A DNA stretch of 32,000 nt from Wigglesworthia glossinidia endosymbiont of Glossina brevipalpis (GTDB lineage: Bacteria > Pseudomonadota > Gammaproteobacteria > Enterobacterales > Enterobacteriaceae). Positions within the stretch are counted from its first letter, which is position 1, and each line of letters opens with the position of its first letter. A model generated the notes under the pieces. It saw only the letters and a list, made by a program, of their open reading frames with translations, did no database searches and had not been told where the DNA came from. Location of the stretch: assembly GCA_000008885.1 (NCBI GenBank), contig BA000021.3, forward strand, positions 150,001 through 182,000. The letters run 5' to 3'. Position numbers and translations under genes: made by a program. This document shows, piece after piece, positions 1-8,910 of the stretch.

Positions 1-989
1 ATATTAAATTAAATAAAACCCATATTATGGGAGAAAGTTTATATAATGACTTTGTGCCTTATATAATTTCTGACCTACCAAAAAAAAATTTAGCGATAAA
101 TAAATCTGGAAATATTATGGTAATTTTAAATAATTTTAAAAACAAACAAGGCAAATCTATGGGAGTAATTTTAAAAAAAAGAAATGGAACTTATTTATAT
201 TCTGTCATTGATATAGCATGCATAAAATATAGATATGATTTCTTTAAAGCGCAAAAAATTATTTATTATACAGACTCTAGACAATCACAACATTTATTAC
301 AAGTTTTTGATATTGTAAGAAAAGCTAAATATATACCAAATTTTGTAAAACTAGAACATCATAAATTTGGAATGGTTTTGAAAAAAGATAAAACTCCATT
401 TAAAACAAGATCTGGAGATACAATTAAACTATCAGATTTATTAAAAAAATCAAAAGAAAAAGCAAAAAAATTAATAATAAAAAAAAATCCAAATACAAGC
501 ATAGATGAAATTGAATCTTTATCACAAGCAATAGGGATTGGATCTATAAAATATTTTGAACTTTCAAAAAATAGAGAAACTGACTATATATTTAATTGGG
601 ACAACATACTAAGTTTTAATGGAAATACTGCTCCTTATATACAATATGCTTACACAAGAGTAATTTCTTTGATAAAAAAAAATAAACTAAAAAATAAAAA
701 CAATGTAAAATTCTTATTAAAAAAAGAAGAAGAAATAGATTTATCTATATGTTTGCTCCAGTTTGAAGAAATTATAAATGATGTATCAAAATTGGGAACT
801 CCTCATATTTTATGCAATTATCTATATGATTTATCTAAAACATTTTCTGTTTTTTATGAAAACTGTTCTATTATTAAAACCAAAGAAGAATCTGTGAAAA
901 ATAGTCGTTTATTTTTGTCTATATTGACATCTCGCACCTTAAAAGTTGGTTTAGAATTATTGGGAATTCCAATGGTAGAAAAAATGTAA
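1..989 (+). CDS. argS: Arginyl-tRNA synthetase, C-terminal ~328 aa; 5' end lies outside the window
   Basis: The reading frame (codons phased from nt 3) is open from the window edge, so the ATG at 27 is internal. Translation matches the ArgRS catalytic and anticodon-binding C-terminus: HHKFGMVLKKDKTPFKTRSGDTIKLSDLL (E. coli [25 protein letters not shown]) and the typical ending LELLGIPMVEKM. Stop TAA at 987-989. Confidence 0.93.
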   Translation, partial: IKLNKTHIMGESLYNDFVPYIISDLPKKNLAINKSGNIMVILNNFKNKQGKSMGVILKKRNGTYLYSVIDIACIKYRYDFFKAQKIIYYTDSRQSQHLLQVFDIVRKAKYIPNFVKLEHHKFGMVLKKDKTPFKTRSGDTIKLSDLLKKSKEKAKKLIIKKNPNTSIDEIESLSQAIGIGSIKYFELSKNRETDYIFNWDNILSFNGNTAPYIQYAYTRVISLIKKNKLKNKNNVKFLLKKEEEIDLSICLLQFEEIINDVSKLGTPHILCNYLYDLSKTFSVFYENCSIIKTKEESVKNSRLFLSILTSRTLKVGLELLGIPMVEKM

Positions 990-1010
990 ATATAATTTAT
1001 TAATAAATAA

Positions 1011-2555
1011 TTAATTTTTATAATGTGATATATTAAATATTTTTTTAAAATTGAAACCTATTAAAAACAAAGAAAAAAAATACATAGTCACACTTATAAA
1101 AATAATACAGCATATGCGAAATAATCTGAAAAAAATATTTCCATATTCCCAATTTTTTATAAAACAAGATAAATAAAAAATTGTTAAAAACATAATTGTT
1201 AATCCAAATAATAATTGCATAAAAAATTTTTTTATATTAAATTTTTTTATTAAAAATAATCTTTTTTTAATATTTAAGTACAATAAAAAAGCATTAATAT
1301 AAGAAGTAATTCCAATTGATAAAGATAATCCCGCATGTTGAAAATATTTAACAAGTATTAAATTCATAAATTGAGATATAATAATGCTTATAATTGCAAT
1401 ATAAATAGGTGTTTTAAAATTTTGAATAGAGTAAAAAGATAAAGTAAAAATTTTAACTAGAATTAATCCTGTTAATCCAATTGAATATCCTATTAAAGAT
1501 TTCTGAGTCATAAATACATCAAAATTAGAAAAATTTTTATATTTAAATAATGTAATAACTAAAGGTTTCGACAAATATAACAATATCAAAGAAGAAGGCA
1601 AAATAAGAAAAAAGCAAATTTTAATACTCCAATGTAAAATATCAGAATATTTTTTTTTTTGATTTTTATATACAGACTCAGATAATAATGGCAACAATAT
1701 CCCAGTAATTGAAGCTCCAAATATTCCTATTGGAAATTCAACTATACGATCTGCATAATACATCCAAGAAATAGATCCAGGAGATAAAAAAGAAGAAATA
1801 GCTGTATTTATTGAAATTAACAATTGATTGACAGAAGCTCCGAAAACAGCAGGAAGTATTAATATAAAAATTTTTTTAATATCAGGTTGATATAATTGAA
1901 AATTATTTATTTTTATTCCAATATATCTTAAATATAAAAAATGAGAAAAAAGTTGTACAGATCCTCCTATTAAAACCGCCCAAGACAAAGCTATTATACT
2001 ATTATTATTTAATAATGGGACTATATATAAAGAAAAAAAAATTATACTAATGTTCAAAAAAACTGGAGACAAAAAAGAAATAAAAAAATAATTCCAAGAA
2101 TTTAAAATAGATGTTAATAAAGATGATAATGAAATTAATATTATATATGGAAATAAAATCCTTAATAAAGAAACTGTTAAAACAAATTGATCGGTATTAT
2201 TGATAAATCCAGGAGCAATTAACATTACTATTTCTGGAGATATAATTATTCCTACCATTGTTATTAATATTAAAAATAAAGAAAGCCATTTAAATATGCA
2301 AGAAGCAAAAATTTTAGCTTTTTCGTCTCCTAAATTATTTCTATATTTAACAAGAATAGGTATAAATATTTGAGAAAATGCTCCTTCTGCAAATATTCTT
2401 CTTAAAAGATTTGGAATTCTAAAAGAAACAAAAAATGAATCTGTATAAATTCCTGTTCCAAAAATTGATGCAATAACAACATCTCTTATAAATCCAAAAA
2501 CTCTAGATATAAATGTCATTACGCTAGACATTAAAAATATTTTACTTATTTTCAT
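1011..2555 (-). CDS. murJ: Lipid II flippase MurJ (MviN), polytopic membrane protein, 514 aa
   Basis: The N-terminus SRVFGFIRDVVIASIFGTG...DSFFVSFRIPNLLRRIFAEGAFSQIFIPIL is the MurJ/MviN signature. The length matches E. coli MurJ (511 aa) and the protein is hydrophobic throughout. Confidence 0.93.
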   Translation of the reverse strand: MKISKIFLMSSVMTFISRVFGFIRDVVIASIFGTGIYTDSFFVSFRIPNLLRRIFAEGAFSQIFIPILVKYRNNLGDEKAKIFASCIFKWLSLFLILITMVGIIISPEIVMLIAPGFINNTDQFVLTVSLLRILFPYIILISLSSLLTSILNSWNYFFISFLSPVFLNISIIFFSLYIVPLLNNNSIIALSWAVLIGGSVQLFSHFLYLRYIGIKINNFQLYQPDIKKIFILILPAVFGASVNQLLISINTAISSFLSPGSISWMYYADRIVEFPIGIFGASITGILLPLLSESVYKNQKKKYSDILHWSIKICFFLILPSSLILLYLSKPLVITLFKYKNFSNFDVFMTQKSLIGYSIGLTGLILVKIFTLSFYSIQNFKTPIYIAIISIIISQFMNLILVKYFQHAGLSLSIGITSYINAFLLYLNIKKRLFLIKKFNIKKFFMQLLFGLTIMFLTIFYLSCFIKNWEYGNIFFRLFRICCIIFISVTMYFFSLFLIGFNFKKIFNISHYKN

Positions 2556-2623
2556 AAAAAAATTTTAAATCATTAAAATTTAATAATATTTTTAATTAAT
2601 TAAATTTTTGAATTAATAAATAA

Positions 2624-3637
2624 CTAAAAAGATTTAATTAATTTTTTAATTATTTTTAATCCAAAAAAAACTAATCCAGAATATATTTGAATTAATGAAG
2701 CACCAGCTTTTATTTTTTCTTTGGCTGATTTCACGGAAATTATTCCACCTGAACCAATAATAGGTATTTTCCCTTTTAGTTCTTTGCTTAATTTTTTTAT
2801 TATTCTTGTGCTATTTTCATTTAAAGGAGCACCGCTTAATCCACCTTTTTCGCAATTATTACAGCAACGCATAATAATATCTTTATTAACAGTTGTATTG
2901 GTAGCAATTACGCCATCTATATTATAAGACAATAAACAATCTGAAATTTGAATTATTTCTGAGTTATTAATGTCAGGTGATATCTTTATTAAAATAGGAA
3001 CGTATTTATTATAAATTTTATTTAATTTATTTTGTTCTTCTTTTATTGATTTTAATAAATCAGAAAATAATTCTCCAAATTGGAGTTTTCTTAAATCTTT
3101 TGTATTTGGAGATGAAATATTTATAGATATATAATCTGAATAATAATAAGCTTTATTTATGCAAATTAAATAATCATCTTTTGCTTTTTCTATTAATGTA
3201 TCTTTGTTTTTACCAATATTTATGCCTAATATACTTTTTACATTTTTTTCGTTTTTTATATTTTCTATTAAATTTTCTATCCCATTATTATTAAATCCCA
3301 TTCTATTAATAATTCCATATACATTTGGAAAGCAAAACAAACGAGGTTTTTTTTCTCCATGTTGTGGCTTCAGAGTAACAGTTCCTAACTCAATGAATCC
3401 AAAACCAATGTCAGAAAATAATTTTATATAATCTCCATTTTTATCTAATCCAGCAGCTAATCCTAATATATTCTTAAAATTTAAACCCATACAAGAAATA
3501 TTATTATTAGGAAATTTGTTTTTTATTAAAAAGTTTAAAGGAGTTTTATTAAAAAACTTCATTATTTTTAATAATAAATCCTTTTTTTCTTCATGATCTT
3601 TTTTTGATAAAATAAAGTTAATAATTTTATATATCAT
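2624..3637 (-). CDS. pyrD: Dihydroorotate dehydrogenase (quinone), class 2, 337 aa
   Basis: Motifs GLAAGLDKNG, GFGFIELGTVTLKPQHGEKKPRLF, GFNNNG, NISSPNT, GGLSG and IIGSGGI are seen. The length equals E. coli PyrD (336 aa). Confidence 0.95.
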   Translation of the reverse strand: MIYKIINFILSKKDHEEKKDLLLKIMKFFNKTPLNFLIKNKFPNNNISCMGLNFKNILGLAAGLDKNGDYIKLFSDIGFGFIELGTVTLKPQHGEKKPRLFCFPNVYGIINRMGFNNNGIENLIENIKNEKNVKSILGINIGKNKDTLIEKAKDDYLICINKAYYYSDYISINISSPNTKDLRKLQFGELFSDLLKSIKEEQNKLNKIYNKYVPILIKISPDINNSEIIQISDCLLSYNIDGVIATNTTVNKDIIMRCCNNCEKGGLSGAPLNENSTRIIKKLSKELKGKIPIIGSGGIISVKSAKEKIKAGASLIQIYSGLVFFGLKIIKKLIKSF

Positions 3638-3867
3638 TTTTATATGTGTAAAAATAAAATTAATATAATGAACTTTTGTTAAAATTATATTAATAATATT
3701 AATATAATTTTAAATATTTATAATATATTTGTTTAATTTAATTATTAATTACAAAATAAATTTTTTTTTAAATATTTGTTTAAAATAATTTTAAATATTT
3801 TAATATATAAATATATATGTTTTTTTATATTATGCTAATAAAAATATAATATTTTAGGAAAATTTTA

Positions 3868-4842
3868 ATGAAATATTTAAATAAATTTATAAGATTAAGA
3901 AGATTAAGAAGCAAAAAAAGTGTTAGAAACTTGTTTCAAGAAACTGAAGTTACATTAAAAGATCTTATATTACCTATTTTTGTAGAAGAAGATATTGATT
4001 TTATGAAACCAATTTCTTCTATGCCAGGAGTATTTAGAATTCCAGAAAAATTATTAGCTTATGAGCTTGAAAAATATGCTAAATCTGGAATTAATTCCAT
4101 AATAACATTTGGAATATCTCATAATTTAGATGAAAATGGAAGTGACACATGGAACAATAATGGTCTAATATCTAGAATATTGCGTATATGCAAAAATACT
4201 GTTCCAGAAATAATTATTATATCAGATATGTGTTTTTGTGAATATACAATTCATGGGCATTGTGGAATAATTAATAATAAAAAAGTTGATAATGATCAAA
4301 CTTTATTAAATCTAGAAAGACAATCAATAATAGCTGCTAGCTCAGGAGCAGATTTTGTTGCTCCATCTTCTTCTATGGATGGTCAGGTTAAAGCAATTAG
4401 ATCGGCTCTAGATAAATCAGGTTTATGTGATACTGGAATAATGTCTTATTCTACTAAATTTCATTCAGAACTATATAATCCATTTAGAGATGCTACATAT
4501 TCTAATTTGAAAGGGGATAGAAAAACTTATCAAGTTAATCCTATGAACAGAAAAGAAGCAATAAGAGAATCTTTAATCGACGTAAAAGAAGGATCTGACG
4601 TTTTAATAATAAAACCAGCTATTAATTTTTTAGATATAATCAGAGATATAAAAAATAAAACATATTTACCTTTAATAGGATATCAAGTAAGCGGTGAATA
4701 TTCAATGATTAAATTATCTTCTAAAGCAGGTATTTTTAATGAAAGAAATATGATCATGGAATCCATTGGATCAATAAAAAGGGCTGGAGCTAGTGCAATA
4801 ATAACATATTTTGCAATGGATATAGCTAACAATATTCTATGA
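3868..4842 (+). CDS. hemB: Porphobilinogen synthase (delta-aminolevulinate dehydratase), Zn-type, 324 aa
   Basis: The N-terminus RLRRLRS...LILPIFV is typical. The Cys-rich zinc motif CFCEYTIHGHCG is intact, as are the Schiff-base lysine contexts SYSTKF and IIKPA. AGGA lies about 8 nt upstream of the ATG. TGA stop at 4840-4842. Confidence 0.95.
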   Translation: MKYLNKFIRLRRLRSKKSVRNLFQETEVTLKDLILPIFVEEDIDFMKPISSMPGVFRIPEKLLAYELEKYAKSGINSIITFGISHNLDENGSDTWNNNGLISRILRICKNTVPEIIIISDMCFCEYTIHGHCGIINNKKVDNDQTLLNLERQSIIAASSGADFVAPSSSMDGQVKAIRSALDKSGLCDTGIMSYSTKFHSELYNPFRDATYSNLKGDRKTYQVNPMNRKEAIRESLIDVKEGSDVLIIKPAINFLDIIRDIKNKTYLPLIGYQVSGEYSMIKLSSKAGIFNERNMIMESIGSIKRAGASAIITYFAMDIANNIL

Positions 4843-4864
4843 ACTTTTTATTTATAGAAAAACT

Positions 4865-4947
4865 TGCCGAAGGCCGGAATTGAACCGGCAAGTCTTTAGA
4901 CGATTGATTTTGAGTCAATTGCGTTTACCAAATTTCGCCACTTCGGC
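4865..4947 (-). tRNA. leuX: tRNA-Leu, anticodon CAA (class II, long variable arm), 83 nt, no genomically encoded 3' CCA
   Basis: The reverse complement reads GCCGAAG-TG-GCG-AAATTTGGTAAA-CGC-A-ATTGA-CTCAAAA-TCAAT-CGTCTAAAGACTT-GCCGG-TTCAATT-CCGGC-CTTCGGC-A. This gives a 7-bp acceptor stem, a 5-bp anticodon stem, the loop CT-CAA-AA, a GTCT/AGAC variable-arm stem and a GCCGG/CCGGC T-stem. It is near-identical in the acceptor and T arms to E. coli leuX as I recall it. The discriminator A is followed by AGT, not CCA. Confidence 0.95.
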
Positions 4948-5078
4948 TTTTGATTGTTAAAATTTTTTAAATTTGTATAATAATAAACTTAAATGATATA
5001 TTATTATTTAATTTTAATCAATAAAACTGTTTCAGTGTTAAAAGTTTTCTTTAAAAGTATTTAATTTAAATTAATATT

Positions 5079-5885
5079 ATGAAAAATAAATTGCAGATTT
5101 TAATTTTTGATTCTGGAATAGGAGGATTATATTTTTATTCAGAAATTAGAAAATATATACCACATGCAAATTATATATATGTTCTTGACAACGAAGGATT
5201 TCCTTACGGGAATAAATATAAAAATTTTATTTTTGATAGAGTAACTAATATTATTATATATATGCATAATTTGTATAAATTTGATTTAACAATTGTTGCT
5301 TGCAATACTGCTAGCAGTATAGCGTTATCATATTTAAAAAAATTTTTTATAAGTCCAGTAATAGGGATAAAACCAGATATTAATGAATCTGTAAATATCA
5401 CAAAAAATAATATTATAGGATTATTAGCAACAAAAATTACCATAAATTATGTGTTAAGTAATTTTTTTAATTTTAAAAGTTTAAATAAAATTAAATTAAT
5501 TACTTTAGATGCAAATGAATTAATAAAGTTGTCTGAAGAAAAAATGAGAGGCAAAATAATTCATTTAAATAAAATAAAAAATATTCTAAAACCTATTTTA
5601 TTAAATAAAAATATTCCAGATACAATAATATTAGGATGCACGCACTTATTATTTTTTTATTATGAATTTAAAAAAATTTTTCCAATAGGAACAAAATTTA
5701 TTGATTCTAAAAAAATATTGTTAAATAAATCAATTATGTTGATTTCTGAAAATTATATAAAAAAAAATAAAATTAAACATCAAACTGTTTATTATACTAA
5801 AAATAATAGATATTTTAAAAAAATATGTCCTTTGTTAAATAAATATGGATTTAAATATTTAAAAAAAATTTATATTTATAAATAA
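5079..5885 (+). CDS. murI: Glutamate racemase, 268 aa
   Basis: Motifs IFDSGIGGL and [10 protein letters not shown] are present. The two catalytic Cys motifs VACNTAS and LGCTH are intact. Confidence 0.92.
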
Positions 5886-5913
5886 GTTTGTATAAAATTA
5901 AAAAGAATTAATT

Positions 5914-7281
5914 TTATAAAATTTTTTTAATCAAACGATCTATTTGCACTATGTTTATATTACGTATAATTTTTCTAATTTTGCTCGGATAATTGGAAAT
6001 ATTTTCAACTTCTTTAAAATGCTTAATACAAGTAGTATGCTTGTTTATTTTGATCAATTCTTTGTCAAATTGGTTTTTTATTTCTTGTTTTGGATCATGA
6101 ATTAAAATTGCATTCTCTAAGTCTAAATACCAAGATCTAGAATTAAAATTATTTCCAGTTAAAAGAATCCATTTTTTATCTATCCATATTCCTTTTATAT
6201 GAAAACTATTATTGTTATTTTTCCATATTTTTATTGTTAAATTTCCATTATCTATATATTTTTGATTTTTTTTCATAAAGCGCCTTAAATTTATTTCATA
6301 TAAATAAGGAATAATTCCAGTAATATTAAATTTAATATTATCTGGAATATAAAAATCATTAGAAATTTTATCTCCTACTATTATTTCTACACTTTTATTT
6401 ATTTTCAAAATATTTGATATATCTTTAATCAACAAAGAAAACAAATTAAAATATGGAGTGCATAAAATCATTTTAGAATATGTAGAACATACTAAATTAT
6501 GAATTACTGAGTTTAATAAACTTTTTTTTCCAAGCCCTAATATTGGAGTGATAGATAATTTATTATTACAATTTTCACTTATATAAATATATTTACTAGA
6601 TTTTAAATTCTTCCTTATAGCTCTTGAATTTCTATTTATGAAAAAATTTTTTTTATTTATTATAGAATATATAGTATTCAGTCTAACTGATTGTTTTGCT
6701 AACAATTTAGTTTTTATAAAATTTAACATTGAATTTGCTAATAATCTATTATAAATTATATGATATCTGTCATATCTGTATTGAATAAATTTATTTAAAT
6801 ATGCATTATTAATGCTAGCTCCACTATAAAATACATGATCATCTATTATAAAACCTTTTAAATGCAAAACTCCTAGGGCCTCATTAATGCTCAATGGAAT
6901 TCCATATATTGGAACATTAATATGTTTATAAGTTTTAGCTATTTTTAAATACCAATCAGAATTTGTTAATCCTTTATCTTCTCCAAATGATCTTCTTTTA
7001 GATCTATTTAAATCTACTATAATTGTTACTTCTAAATTAGGATTTTTATTTTTTGCTTTATATATTTCTTTTAATAATTTATTTCCACTTTGGTCTTTTT
7101 CTAAATATAAAGCTACTAAATAAATAAATTTTTTTGCTTTAGATATACTTTTTATAAGCCTATCAAAAAAATCTTTTGGATTATATATTGTTATTATTTG
7201 TTCAGGATTTTGATTTATTTTAGGCAATTTAATTAAATATTTTCTGCATTTTTCTTGATCAAAATTAAATTTAATTACCAT
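5914..7281 (-). CDS. pssA: Phosphatidylserine synthase (CDP-diacylglycerol-serine O-phosphatidyltransferase), PLD superfamily, 455 aa
   Basis: Two HKD motifs are present (HLKGFIIDD and HIKGIWIDK). The length matches E. coli PssA (451 aa). Confidence 0.9.
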   Translation of the reverse strand: MVIKFNFDQEKCRKYLIKLPKINQNPEQIITIYNPKDFFDRLIKSISKAKKFIYLVALYLEKDQSGNKLLKEIYKAKNKNPNLEVTIIVDLNRSKRRSFGEDKGLTNSDWYLKIAKTYKHINVPIYGIPLSINEALGVLHLKGFIIDDHVFYSGASINNAYLNKFIQYRYDRYHIIYNRLLANSMLNFIKTKLLAKQSVRLNTIYSIINKKNFFINRNSRAIRKNLKSSKYIYISENCNNKLSITPILGLGKKSLLNSVIHNLVCSTYSKMILCTPYFNLFSLLIKDISNILKINKSVEIIVGDKISNDFYIPDNIKFNITGIIPYLYEINLRRFMKKNQKYIDNGNLTIKIWKNNNNSFHIKGIWIDKKWILLTGNNFNSRSWYLDLENAILIHDPKQEIKNQFDKELIKINKHTTCIKHFKEVENISNYPSKIRKIIRNINIVQIDRLIKKIL

Positions 7282-7353
7282 ATTTTTTATAAAAATTTAA
7301 AATATAAATATAGAGTTTTTAAAAACTAAATTACAGTATTTATTTTCTTTATT

Positions 7354-8910
7354 TTAAATTTTATATATCGATATATATAAAATACCAGACAAAACCATAG
7401 TAATTGGAAGAGTTAAAATCCAAGCCATTAATATATTTTTTACAGTTTTCCATTGTATTTCTCCATGATCTGTTAAAACTGCCCCTGCAACGGCGGAAGA
7501 TAAAACATGAGTAGTAGATACTGGCATTCCAGTATAACTGGCTATACCAATAGATAGCGCAGAAGTAAATTGAGCTGATAAGCTTTGCGCATAAGTCATT
7601 TCTCTTTTGCCTATTTTTTCTCCAATAGTTTGTGCAACTCTCTTCCAAGATATTATTGTTCCGCAAGCCAAAGATAAAGCTATTATAATAGTTATCCAAA
7701 TAGGTGAATATTCTACTATATATATAATATCTTTATTTAAATTTTTTAAAAATTTTTTATCTTCATTTGATATATTTGGTAAATGAATAGTTTCATTAAT
7801 AATATCTGATATATACAGTATTAGTTTCCTCAAATAAAATCTTTGATCTGAGCTTAATTGATAAAAGTTATCTTTTTCTGAAAGTAAATCAGAAGTATAT
7901 TTTATTATAATAAAGACATTAACGCTTTTACAAAAAGTATCTTCAATATTTTCTGAAATGCAAAATTTGTTTTTATATTTATTTGGAATAAAACTGTTCA
8001 AATCATTTATTTTTTTTTCTTTAAGAAATTTTTTTTCTTCTTTATTTTCTATCAGATTAAACAAAATATTTTTATTTTTAGAAAAATATTCATATACATT
8101 ATTTATTGCATTTCTTGATGTATTTATATTATATGAATTAGTATCCATATTGATAACAAATCCAGCAGGAAATACACCTATTAAAATCAACATAATTAAT
8201 CCAATTCCTTTTTGTCCATCATTTGCTCCATGTGAAAAACTAATACTTGCAGCAGAAAAAATTAAAGAAACTCTTATCCAAAAAGGAGGTTTTTTATTTC
8301 CATAAATTTTTTCTGTTTCAGATGGAGTGAAATGAATTTTTTTATTTATTTTTTTATCTTTCCAAATTTTACGTAAAATAATTATAAATGTTCCTGAAAT
8401 CAGAAACCCTATAATAGGTGAAATTATTAAAGAAAAAAAAACTTCATACAATTTTGAAATATTTAGGTTTTGATTTATTGATGTATTTGTAAATATTTGG
8501 CTTGATAAACCAACTCCTATAATTGCCCCTATTAGGGTGTGAGAACTAGACACAGGAAGTCTAAAATACCATGTTCCAAAATTCCACATTATTGCAGCTA
8601 ATAATATAGAAAACATCATTTTTAATCCATTTATAGAACTTGTATTTAATAATAAACTAGATGGTAATAAATGTACTATTGTATAAGCTACACTCAAACC
8701 TCCTAAAATTACTCCTAAAAAATTAAAAAAACCAGAAAAAATAACCGCTAAATTAGGAGGTAAAGCCTTTGTGTAAATCACTGTAACTACAGCATTAGCT
8801 GTATCATGGAATCCATTTATAAATTCATATAGCAATACAAATAGTATTGCTATACATAGCATACAAGCTGTATATAAACCTAATTCTTGAAATAAATTTA
8901 AATATAACAT
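7354..8910 (-). CDS. pitA: Low-affinity inorganic phosphate transporter (PiT family), 518 aa
   Basis: The N-terminal PiT signature FINGFHDTANAV and the repeated C-terminal half (GMPVSTTHVLSSAVAG) are seen. There is a long hydrophilic central loop between hydrophobic halves, as in E. coli PitA (499 aa). Confidence 0.9.
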   Translation of the reverse strand: MLYLNLFQELGLYTACMLCIAILFVLLYEFINGFHDTANAVVTVIYTKALPPNLAVIFSGFFNFLGVILGGLSVAYTIVHLLPSSLLLNTSSINGLKMMFSILLAAIMWNFGTWYFRLPVSSSHTLIGAIIGVGLSSQIFTNTSINQNLNISKLYEVFFSLIISPIIGFLISGTFIIILRKIWKDKKINKKIHFTPSETEKIYGNKKPPFWIRVSLIFSAASISFSHGANDGQKGIGLIMLILIGVFPAGFVINMDTNSYNINTSRNAINNVYEYFSKNKNILFNLIENKEEKKFLKEKKINDLNSFIPNKYKNKFCISENIEDTFCKSVNVFIIIKYTSDLLSEKDNFYQLSSDQRFYLRKLILYISDIINETIHLPNISNEDKKFLKNLNKDIIYIVEYSPIWITIIIALSLACGTIISWKRVAQTIGEKIGKREMTYAQSLSAQFTSALSIGIASYTGMPVSTTHVLSSAVAGAVLTDHGEIQWKTVKNILMAWILTLPITMVLSGILYISIYKI

